From Candidatus Omnitrophota bacterium (GTDB taxonomy: Bacteria > Omnitrophota > Gorgyraeia > JAZDFF01), in NCBI GenBank assembly GCA_043808095.1, contig JAZDFF010000005.1, positions 1 to 60,927 of the forward strand: a DNA stretch of 60,927 bases. Reading direction: 5' to 3'. Of the stretch, positions 45,221 through 52,866 are shown piece by piece; position 1 is the stretch's first letter, and each line of letters opens with the position of its first letter. Under the pieces are notes generated by a model. That model saw nothing but the letters and a program-made list of their open reading frames with translations. It ran no database searches and was not told the DNA's origin. A program made the position numbers and the translations under genes.

Positions 45221-45279
45221 CCTGGTTAGGACAAGAGCTTTTCAAGCTCTCGACACCGGTTCAAATCCGGTTGGGGTCG
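45206..45279 (+). tRNA. tRNA-Glu (anticodon UUC)
   Basis: Acceptor GACCCCA/UGGGGUC, anticodon arm AGAGC-UUUUCAA-GCUCU, T-arm ACCGG-UUCAAAU-CCGGU, discriminator G. No CCA encoded. Confidence 0.9.
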
Positions 45280-45367
45280 TTAAATTTTGCTTTGCAAAAT
45301 TTAACCCCGAGCGAAGCGAGGGGCTGCTTTTTAGAGTAGCGAGTAGAGAGAAGAGAGTAGCAAGAAA

Positions 45368-45422
45368 CTATCCGCCTACGTCAAAGTGTTTTCACCTTTG
45401 ACTTCGGCGAGACTTCACTAAA
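45368..45422. repeat. word element in the glmS leader (CACCTTTGACTTC family)
   Basis: See 36200-36362. It is preceded by gagtagcgagtagagag (45334-45350), which is the exact reverse complement of 28109-28125. Confidence 0.8.
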
Positions 45423-45441
45423 TTAAAAATTAAAGTGCTCA

Positions 45442-47271
45442 ATGTGTGGCATTGTCGGATATATAGGTAATAAAGACGCAAAAGATATATTAATCGAAGG
45501 CCTGAGCCGCCTTGAGTACCGCGGATACGACTCGGCGGGTATTGCCGTATTAAATAAAGGCAAAATCTACTGCCAGAAAACCTCCGGTAAGATAAAAGAA
45601 CTAATCAAGAATTTAGAAAAACACCCCCTGCCCGAAAGCACCCTGGGTATTTCACATACCCGCTGGGCAACTCACGGCGCGGCCACCGATATTAATGCCC
45701 ACCCCCACCTTGATTGTAAAAAAGAATTTGCCATCGTCCATAACGGGATCATCGAAAATTATCAGGAATTAAAGACGCGATTAATAAAAAAAGGCCACAA
45801 ATTTCATTCCTCTACCGATACCGAGGTAATCGTTCATCTCATCGAAAGTCTTTATCAGGGAGATTTAGAAGAGGCCTTCCGTAAGGCAATTAACCAGTTA
45901 AGAGGGAGCTTTGCCCTGGGCTTGATATCGAAAGATGAGCCGGATAAGCTTTTTGCGGCCCGCAGGTTCAGTCCCCTGATTATCGGCCTGGGCAAGGATG
46001 AGAATTTTATCGCCTCGGATGCCCCGGCGATCTTAAATCACACAAGAAAAGTAATCTATCTCGGCGATGACGAGATGGCAATTTTAGAAAAAGGGGTGGT
46101 CCGGGTAAAAGATCTAAAAGGCAAGAGCATCGAGAAAAAAGTTAATACCATAAAATGGGATATCAAAGAGGCCGAGAAACAGGGATTTGCCCACTTCATG
46201 TTAAAAGAGATCCATGAGCAACCCAAGGTCAGCCGCCAGATAATCTCAACCCATATTGATAAGGACGACAGAGTCTATTTTCAGGAATTCCGCATTAACC
46301 AGGCTTTTTTAAAGGAGATACGGCAGATTATTATACTTGCTTGCGGCACTGCCTATCATGCTGGTCTGGTAGCTAAATATGTGATTGAAAAATTAACGGA
46401 CATACCTGTATGGGTAGATTTTTCAAGCGAATTCCGTTACCGGGGCCTTTCCCTGAAAAAGAATACTTTAGTCATTGCCATCAGCCAGTCGGGTGAGACT
46501 GCCGATACCCTGGCAGCAGTAAAAGAGGCCCAATCCAAAGGCGCGTATATTCTGGCTATTTGTAATGTGGTAGGGTCATCTTTAGCGAGAGAATCAAATA
46601 GCGTCATCTATACCCATGCCGGACCTGAAATCGGCGTGGCCTCCACCAAGGCCTATACTGCCCAGATCTTGATATTGGACCTTTTGGCTATTTATTTAGC
46701 CGACTTACGAGGAGGGCTGGCTAAAAACCAAAAAAGTTTTTTGATATCAGAGCTAAAAAGGATCTCTCATCTACAAGAACTAATTCTGAAAAAAGAATCC
46801 GATATCGCTACAATTGCTCACCGCCATTCTCACTTTGGCTGTTTTCTTTATCTGGGCAGGAATGTGAATTTCCCGTCGGCACTGGAAGGGGCATTAAAGT
46901 TAAAAGAGATTTCTTATATTCCTGCTGAAGGCTATGCGGCCGGTGAGATGAAACACGGGCCCATTGCTCTAATTGATGAATACCGGGCAGTTGTTTGTAT
47001 AGCGACAGAATCCGATATCTATGATAAAATGGTATCCAATATTCAGGAGATCCGCTCTCGCCAGGGTAAGGTAGTTGCTATTGCCACCGAAGAGGATGCC
47101 AGCATTAAATTATATGTGCGGGAGGTTATTTACATCCCCAGAATTACAGATTTGTTATCGCCGGGTTTAGTGGCCCTGCCTTTACAGCTCTTGGCCTATC
47201 ATATTGCCACAAAACGCGGCTGTGATGTGGACCAGCCGAGGAATTTAGCTAAAAGCGTAACGGTTGAATAG
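45442..47271 (+). CDS. glmS: glutamine--fructose-6-phosphate aminotransferase
   Basis: MCGIVGYIG N-terminal nucleophile, two SIS domains, C-terminal ...KSVTVE. Confidence 0.95.
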   Translation: MCGIVGYIGNKDAKDILIEGLSRLEYRGYDSAGIAVLNKGKIYCQKTSGKIKELIKNLEKHPLPESTLGISHTRWATHGAATDINAHPHLDCKKEFAIVHNGIIENYQELKTRLIKKGHKFHSSTDTEVIVHLIESLYQGDLEEAFRKAINQLRGSFALGLISKDEPDKLFAARRFSPLIIGLGKDENFIASDAPAILNHTRKVIYLGDDEMAILEKGVVRVKDLKGKSIEKKVNTIKWDIKEAEKQGFAHFMLKEIHEQPKVSRQIISTHIDKDDRVYFQEFRINQAFLKEIRQIIILACGTAYHAGLVAKYVIEKLTDIPVWVDFSSEFRYRGLSLKKNTLVIAISQSGETADTLAAVKEAQSKGAYILAICNVVGSSLARESNSVIYTHAGPEIGVASTKAYTAQILILDLLAIYLADLRGGLAKNQKSFLISELKRISHLQELILKKESDIATIAHRHSHFGCFLYLGRNVNFPSALEGALKLKEISYIPAEGYAAGEMKHGPIALIDEYRAVVCIATESDIYDKMVSNIQEIRSRQGKVVAIATEEDASIKLYVREVIYIPRITDLLSPGLVALPLQLLAYHIATKRGCDVDQPRNLAKSVTVE

Positions 47272-47290
47272 AAAATAATAAAGGAGTAAT

Positions 47291-48043
47291 ATGCCCGAGA
47301 AAAAACAATTTGGTAAAATCGAGGTAATAGTTTGTCAGGATGCCCAAGAAGTAGCCAGGGTATCCGCAGAAATATTTGCTCAAGCGATTAAAAAAAAGCC
47401 GGATATAGTCTTGGGTTTAGCTACGGGAGGAACGCCTGTAGGGATGTACAGGGAATTAATCAAGAGGCATTTAGATAAAGGCCCGGACTTCAGCCGTGTG
47501 CGTTCTTTTAACCTGGATGAGTATGAGGGATTATCTGGCGAACACCCCCAAAGCTACCGCTATTTTATGAACCACAATCTTTTTGACCACATCAATATTA
47601 ATAAGTCAAACACCCGCGTTCCCGACGGTAAGGCCGGGGATTTTAAGATTAGCTGCCAGAAATATGAAGAGGCGATTAAGGCAGCCGGCGGCATAGACTT
47701 GCAATTGCTGGGTATTGGTTCTAACGGCCATATTGCCTTTAATGAACCTCACTCAGCGCAAGATTCCCGGACCAGAATAGTGGATTTAAAGGAAGGTACG
47801 ATTAAGGACAATGCCCGTTTTTTCCAAGACGAATCAGAGGTGCCCAGAAGGGCAGTCACCATGGGCATAGGGACTATTTTAGAAACCAGAAAGATTATTC
47901 TGTTGGCTACCGGAAGTAACAAAAAAGACACAGTAGCAAAGTCCGTTAGGGAACCTGCGACCCCGGATGTACCAGCATCTTTTTTGCAAAATCACCCGGA
48001 TTGTACTTTTGTTGTGGACAGAGAAGCCGCCGCAGGCCTGTAA
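47291..48043 (+). CDS. nagB: glucosamine-6-phosphate deaminase
   Basis: LGLATGGTPVGMY..., DLQLLGIGSNGHIAFNEP. Confidence 0.9.
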   Translation: MPEKKQFGKIEVIVCQDAQEVARVSAEIFAQAIKKKPDIVLGLATGGTPVGMYRELIKRHLDKGPDFSRVRSFNLDEYEGLSGEHPQSYRYFMNHNLFDHININKSNTRVPDGKAGDFKISCQKYEEAIKAAGGIDLQLLGIGSNGHIAFNEPHSAQDSRTRIVDLKEGTIKDNARFFQDESEVPRRAVTMGIGTILETRKIILLATGSNKKDTVAKSVREPATPDVPASFLQNHPDCTFVVDREAAAGL

Positions 48044-48101
48044 AGATTAATTTTGGTTATAGACAGCCAGATTATACGCAAATATTAAATTGGAGGAATT
48101 G

Positions 48102-49391
48102 ATGAAACCCAGATTGTATTTCTTAAAGAAATTAAGATGGCTATACCCGGGCATTAAAATCAAACGCTGGATAGCCTTATTAATTGGCGGTATATATTTG
48201 CTCGTGGTGGGTGCCACAAGATATCAATCCTCCTGGCCGTACCAAAAAAATTGGCTGCTTGTGTTAAAACTCTTGCATGGGCTAATAGCGGTATTGGGGG
48301 CGGCCTTTGTTTTAATAGGTGCGGTAAAAATCCTGCAGTCGATTTTGAGCCTTTTGCTGCCGCACCATGCGGAAAAAGACCTGGTCGATATTATCTTCAA
48401 AAAACGCTTTTTAGAGCGCGGACCAAAAATTGTGGCTGTCGGAGGTGGCCACGGCCTTTCTGCGCTTTTATTTGGCATAAAAGACTATACCTCAAATTTG
48501 ACTGCTATTGTTACAGTGGCAGATAGCGGCGGTTCCTCAGGGAGACTACGCGAAGAATTCGGGATGCTGCCGCCGGGCGATATCCGCAACTGCCTGGTTG
48601 CATTGGCCGATGCACCTACCCTTATGGGCGAACTCTTTCAGTATCGCTTTGAGAAAGATTCCGATTTAAAAGGCCATAATTTTGGCAATCTCTTTATAAC
48701 TGCGATGACCCAATTGACCGGCGACTTTGAAAAGGCGGTTAAAGAGTCGAGCAAGGTCTTGGCGATAAGAGGCCAGGTCGTCCCCTCTACCTTAAATAAA
48801 GTGGCCTTGGTTGCCGAATACAAAGATGGTTCTACGGTAGAAGGAGAAGCAGTAATACCTGAAAAGGGACTCCCTATTAAGAGGATCTATCTTAAACTAT
48901 CCGACGCATCTACGGAAATTATCCAGCCGACAAGTGATGCGATAAAAGCAATTCAGGAGGCCGAGCTGATAATCTTAGGTCCGGGCAGCCTCTATACGAG
49001 CATATTGCCTAACCTGGTCATTAAGGAGATATCCGAGGCAATAGTTAATTCCCATGCCCCAAAGATATATGTCTCTAACGTAATGACCCAGCACGGCGAG
49101 ACAGACGGCTATTCCGCATTCGACCATCTCTATGCCCTCATCCAGCACACGCATCCCAGGATCGTGGATTATTGTGTGGTTAATGGCACCCCGCCCCCCA
49201 CAGAGCTGCTTTATAAATACAGCCAGGAAAAATCCTTTCCCACGCTTGCCGATATAAAACGCATCGAAGAGGCGGGCTATAAAGTTATCCAAGAGAACGT
49301 AATCAGCACTCAGGATTATGTGCGCCACGACCCCAAGAAACTGGCTAAGGTTATTATCAATAGCTTCCGCCGGGTGAGCGCGCGCAGATAA
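48102..49391 (+). CDS. YvcK/CofD-family (UPF0052) protein with N-terminal membrane segment
   Basis: VAVGGGHGLSALL...VTVADSGGSSGRLR...GDIRNCL core, preceded by about 100 aa with 2-3 hydrophobic helices. ATG 48102 lies behind a GGAGG. Confidence 0.8.
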   Translation: MKPRLYFLKKLRWLYPGIKIKRWIALLIGGIYLLVVGATRYQSSWPYQKNWLLVLKLLHGLIAVLGAAFVLIGAVKILQSILSLLLPHHAEKDLVDIIFKKRFLERGPKIVAVGGGHGLSALLFGIKDYTSNLTAIVTVADSGGSSGRLREEFGMLPPGDIRNCLVALADAPTLMGELFQYRFEKDSDLKGHNFGNLFITAMTQLTGDFEKAVKESSKVLAIRGQVVPSTLNKVALVAEYKDGSTVEGEAVIPEKGLPIKRIYLKLSDASTEIIQPTSDAIKAIQEAELIILGPGSLYTSILPNLVIKEISEAIVNSHAPKIYVSNVMTQHGETDGYSAFDHLYALIQHTHPRIVDYCVVNGTPPPTELLYKYSQEKSFPTLADIKRIEEAGYKVIQENVISTQDYVRHDPKKLAKVIINSFRRVSARR

Positions 49392-49404
49392 AACAGCCCA
49401 TAAT

Positions 49405-49545
49405 AAAATCAAAAATCAAACTGCAAAAATCAAAATCACAGACCAAAATTCAAAATTTAATTCCTTCTGTGCTTTTGACATTTGGTTTTTATTAATTTTT
49501 TAAATTTTGATATGTCATTTTGATATTTGATTTTTGATATTTTAA
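49405..49545. repeat. word-hairpin element, CAAAAT/ATTTTG family (copy 2, upstream of rsmI)
   Basis: Exact 21-mer caaaaatcaaactgcaaaaat (49410-49430 = 50253-50273) and exact 30-mer tgtcattttgatatttgatttttgatattt (49513-49542 = 50350-50379), both shared with copy 3. Confidence 0.95.
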
Positions 49546-49551
49546 TTTATT

Positions 49552-50217
49552 ATGTTATACATCATCTCTACCCCCATCGGCAATCTAAAAGACATCACCC
49601 TGCGCGCCATCGAGACCTTAAAGGGTGTGGATTTTATCGCCTGTGAGGATACGCGTAAAACCTCAATCCTCCTAAATCACTGCCAGATTAAAAAACCCCT
49701 CCTAAGTTACTATAGTTATAATCAGATTAAACGCGGCGAGGAAATCTTAAGACTCCTAAATTCCGGTAAATCAATTGCTTTGGTCTCTGATTCAGGGACC
49801 CCCGGAATAAGCGATCCCGGAACCCAGCTGATTAAATTAGCCATAGAAAATAATATCCCCCTGACAGTAATTCCCGGGCCAACTGCATTTGTAGCGGCAT
49901 TAAGTCTGTCGGGCTTGCCTACTCATAAATTCGCCTTCGAAGGATTCCTGCCCAAAAAAGAAGGGCAGCGCAAAAAGAGGCTCTCAGAACTCTCAAAAGA
50001 AAAACGCACCGTAATTCTATACGAGTCGCCTTATCGGATTAAAAGATTATTGGGAGAAATTTTAGGGCTGATGGGTGACAGGGAAATTGCGGTCTTGCGG
50101 GAACTGACCAAGAAATTTGAAGAGGTAAAACGCGGCCTGGTATCCGGATTAATCAGCCATTTTGCAAAAGTAAAGCCCCGCGGCGAGTTTATTGTGGTAA
50201 TTTCTGGGGGGAAATAG
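49552..50217 (+). CDS. rsmI: 16S rRNA (cytidine1402-2'-O)-methyltransferase
   Basis: LYIISTPIGNLKDITLRAIETLKGVDFIACEDTR is the typical RsmI N-terminus. Confidence 0.9.
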   Translation: MLYIISTPIGNLKDITLRAIETLKGVDFIACEDTRKTSILLNHCQIKKPLLSYYSYNQIKRGEEILRLLNSGKSIALVSDSGTPGISDPGTQLIKLAIENNIPLTVIPGPTAFVAALSLSGLPTHKFAFEGFLPKKEGQRKKRLSELSKEKRTVILYESPYRIKRLLGEILGLMGDREIAVLRELTKKFEEVKRGLVSGLISHFAKVKPRGEFIVVISGGK

Positions 50218-50248
50218 TATAATGCCCCTGTAAAGTAAATAAAGGTTT

Positions 50249-50383
50249 AATGCAAAAATCAAACTGCAAAAATTAAAATTACAAATCAAAATGCAAAGAT
50301 TTAAAAACATATTGTTTTGCCACGGGATTTAACATTTTGAACTTTACATTGTCATTTTGATATTTGATTTTTGATATTTGCAT
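50249..50383. repeat. word-hairpin element, CAAAAT/ATTTTG family (copy 3, downstream of rsmI)
   Basis: See copy 2. Same orientation as copy 2. Confidence 0.95.
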
Positions 50384-50468
50384 TTACAGGTTGAATGCAG
50401 CTGTTATTTAGTTGACAAAGCAGTATAATAAGTAAAATCATCAATGCGTTCCTTATTTAATTTAAAAC

Positions 50469-51092
50469 ATGATGCATATAAATAAAAGAGGCGTTACCCT
50501 AATTGAGGCAATTGCGGTGCTGATAATTATGGTGATTCTTGCCGTAGCCGCCTCAGTTAAGATGGGTCCCTACGATACCATCAAATTAGAGGGTGCCGCC
50601 CAGAAGATTGCCGATGATATCAGGTATGCCCAGATGCGGGCGATGCAGGAGGCAGTTAACACCGATGGCACAAGACTGGGATATAGATTAAGGTTTCAAA
50701 CCGCATCCGATTACGAATGTTATTATGTCCAAAGCGCTAAATTTAAAAATTCGGACGGTAGTTTTCTGGGATCAGTACTAATCATTACCGATCCCTTCAG
50801 CGGTGAGCCCGAATCTTATATGACTGACTTTCTCTCAGATAGTATATACAGAGGCATTGACATTAACGAAATAAAGTTTACTGCTTCGCCATGTGAAACC
50901 TGTTTTTTAGTTTTCTATGGTAATCTTGGCATACCATATGTAACTAATGCGATTTCTGATAATAATAAACTTGCAGTAACGGGCTCTATAAAACTTTCCT
51001 ATAAAGGCCAAAATCGTTACATCTGCGTAATGCCGGAGATAGGAACAGCCTGTATCAAGCGCACAGGTGATTGTAGCTCTGGTTGTCCTTAA
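50469..51092 (+). CDS. GspH/FimT-like minor pseudopilin (prepilin N-terminal methylation motif)
   Basis: KRG|VTLIEAIAVLIIMVILAVAA has a class III signal peptide with Glu+5. Confidence 0.7.
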   Translation: MMHINKRGVTLIEAIAVLIIMVILAVAASVKMGPYDTIKLEGAAQKIADDIRYAQMRAMQEAVNTDGTRLGYRLRFQTASDYECYYVQSAKFKNSDGSFLGSVLIITDPFSGEPESYMTDFLSDSIYRGIDINEIKFTASPCETCFLVFYGNLGIPYVTNAISDNNKLAVTGSIKLSYKGQNRYICVMPEIGTACIKRTGDCSSGCP

Positions 51093-51103
51093 AGGAGGCG
51101 CTG

Positions 51104-51622
51104 ATGATATTCAGGATAAGAAACAATAAGAGGTCAATCACCCTTATTGAATTAACCATCTGTATCGGCATAATCGGCATTGCCGTGCCGTCACTGCTGG
51201 CGCTTTTCAATTATCAGTTAAAGATGGTAGAAAAGGCCCGGGTGATTACCCAGGCTACGTATTTAGCGCAACAGATTATGGAGGAGCAGGTTTTTGCCAA
51301 AGATTTTTATACCTTAAGAGGGACTGTCGCTGCGGGCAACAATCCAACCCTGACTACTTCGCTGGGCGGAGATTTTACAGGCGACCTCATCCCTTTTCGC
51401 TGGGAGATATACACAAATTCGGTGAATGCCTCAGCTAGCAATTTTAATGACCCGGCTGCGATGTGGGATCCTTGTGGAGGCCTTTCTAACTATCTAAGGG
51501 TACGGGTGGTGGTTTATCAAGATAAAGATAATAGTGATACTCAAGGCCCGGGAGAGTTCGGCGTAGAATTAGTCACCTTAATTACTCCCAGCGGTTCTAA
51601 GTATTATACGCCAGGGTCATAA
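51104..51622 (+). CDS. GspI-like minor pseudopilin
   Basis: NNKRS|ITLIELTICIGIIGIAV. ATG 51104 is preceded by AAGGAGG. Confidence 0.65.
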   Translation: MIFRIRNNKRSITLIELTICIGIIGIAVPSLLALFNYQLKMVEKARVITQATYLAQQIMEEQVFAKDFYTLRGTVAAGNNPTLTTSLGGDFTGDLIPFRWEIYTNSVNASASNFNDPAAMWDPCGGLSNYLRVRVVVYQDKDNSDTQGPGEFGVELVTLITPSGSKYYTPGS

Positions 51623-51666
51623 AAAAATAGGTTGCCCCATGTTACAATAGGCTACAAAGAGGTTAA

Positions 51667-52083
51667 ATGAGGTTACATAAAAGAGAAGCGGCTTATGAAA
51701 AATTAAAATTCTATCAAGATATCTGCCAGATTCGTCGCCTGATTTATAAGATTACCGAGCGTTTTTCAAAAAGCCATTTAAGACTTGTTTCGCAGATGAG
51801 AGATGCTGCTCGTTCTGCAAAACAGAATATCCGCGAGGGGTATAAAAAAGGAACGATTGGAGAGTTTATCCACAGTATCAAGATAAGGCAAGGTTCTCTG
51901 GAAGAGCTAAGCGGTGATATTGAAGACTGTCAAGAAGATGGGTTGGTTACTAAAGAGGAATTCAGCCAATTAGCTAAATTTTTTCGTAGTGCAGATTATC
52001 TATCATCGCGCTATCTGGAATCATTGTATAAAATGGAACGCAATAAAACCTGGAAGACCCCGGGCAGTAGATTTAAAAGGTAA
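51667..52083 (+). CDS. four-helix-bundle protein (23S rRNA intervening-sequence protein / Avd-like family)
   Basis: LKFYQDICQIRRLIYKITERFSKSHLRLVSQMRDAARSAKQNIREGY...IRQGSLEEL matches the TIGR02436-type pattern (..SQlrRAa.Si..NIaEG...A.GSl.El). Confidence 0.75.
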   Translation: MRLHKREAAYEKLKFYQDICQIRRLIYKITERFSKSHLRLVSQMRDAARSAKQNIREGYKKGTIGEFIHSIKIRQGSLEELSGDIEDCQEDGLVTKEEFSQLAKFFRSADYLSSRYLESLYKMERNKTWKTPGSRFKR

Positions 52084-52130
52084 CCTTAGGTAACTTTAGA
52101 GTAACCTCAAGTAACATCTAGTAACTTACC
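52081..52130. repeat. GTAAC-word tract flanking the four-helix-bundle gene
   Basis: taaccttaggtaactttagagtaacctcaagtaacatctagtaactt uses the same word family as 4978-5114. Related words (gttacaataggctacaaagaggttaa) lie just upstream of the ORF. Confidence 0.75.
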
Positions 52131-52152
52131 CAGGGCAAAGGCTTTTATCGAT

Positions 52153-52731
52153 ATGAGAAAGGGATTCAGTTTAATTGAGGTCTTAATAGTCATAGTAATA
52201 ATGGCAATTAGTGCCGGCGCGCTAATTCCGGTAATCAGGCTGGGGATCGACTCCTGGGTCTTTGCCCGCGACCAGAAAGAGATATTAGCTGAGGGTACGC
52301 TGGCGATGAATAGGATGGTGGCGGAGATAAGACAGGCGATTCTAATCGGAAGTACAGTACCAACTCCGCCCTGCGTCCCCGACCCAGCATGGTCTACATG
52401 CTGTAATTGGGGCACCCCTGCTTGCTCCAGCTCTTCTTTAGTATTCATAAAAGATTATACCACTTGTATGTTTATGTTTACAGTTTATGGTGGCAGCGTG
52501 AAAAGAGAGGGACGCTTTGAAATACGTCGCGGTGATTGCGGCAGTTCTTTTATAGCGCGCTCCCTTACCGCAAAATATCCTTCAAGCATCCAGTTTTCCT
52601 ATTTTGATCAAAACGGTGACACAACCACTAATTGTGCTGCCGTACGCACCATTCGCATAAAACTAACCCTTACCAGCGGCGGTAGAGATTATATATTTCA
52701 GACCGCGGTAAGCCCGCTTGGGCTGCAGTGA
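52153..52731 (+). CDS. GspJ/PilW-like minor pseudopilin
   Basis: MRKG|FSLIEVLIVIVIMAISAGAL. Confidence 0.65.
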   Translation: MRKGFSLIEVLIVIVIMAISAGALIPVIRLGIDSWVFARDQKEILAEGTLAMNRMVAEIRQAILIGSTVPTPPCVPDPAWSTCCNWGTPACSSSSLVFIKDYTTCMFMFTVYGGSVKREGRFEIRRGDCGSSFIARSLTAKYPSSIQFSYFDQNGDTTTNCAAVRTIRIKLTLTSGGRDYIFQTAVSPLGLQ

Positions 52732-52815
52732 GAAGATGATTATCCCGAATGATGTTATTCTTTGTAGTATCTCTTCGGGATCCCGTTTTTAATTTAATTG
52801 TTGGGCGGGAAAAGA

Positions 52816-52857
52816 ATTAGTCATTTATTCGACATTCGTCATTAGGAATTCGACATT
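52816..52857. repeat. ATTAGTCAT/TCGACATT word element
   Basis: Exact 14-mer attagtcatttatt (52816-52829 = 60028-60041). The word ttcgacatt occurs twice. Confidence 0.8.
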
Positions 52858-52866
52858 AATAAGAGT

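Noticed and set aside
45280-45441. A glmS ribozyme upstream of glmS.
   Set aside because: The leader is short and made of the repeat words also found upstream of dnaA. I could not recognise the conserved glmS ribozyme core.
51667-52083. A diversity-generating retroelement, considered because the four-helix-bundle protein belongs to the Avd family.
   Set aside because: The window has no reverse transcriptase gene. I found no template/variable repeat pair with adenine-specific differences near the ORF.
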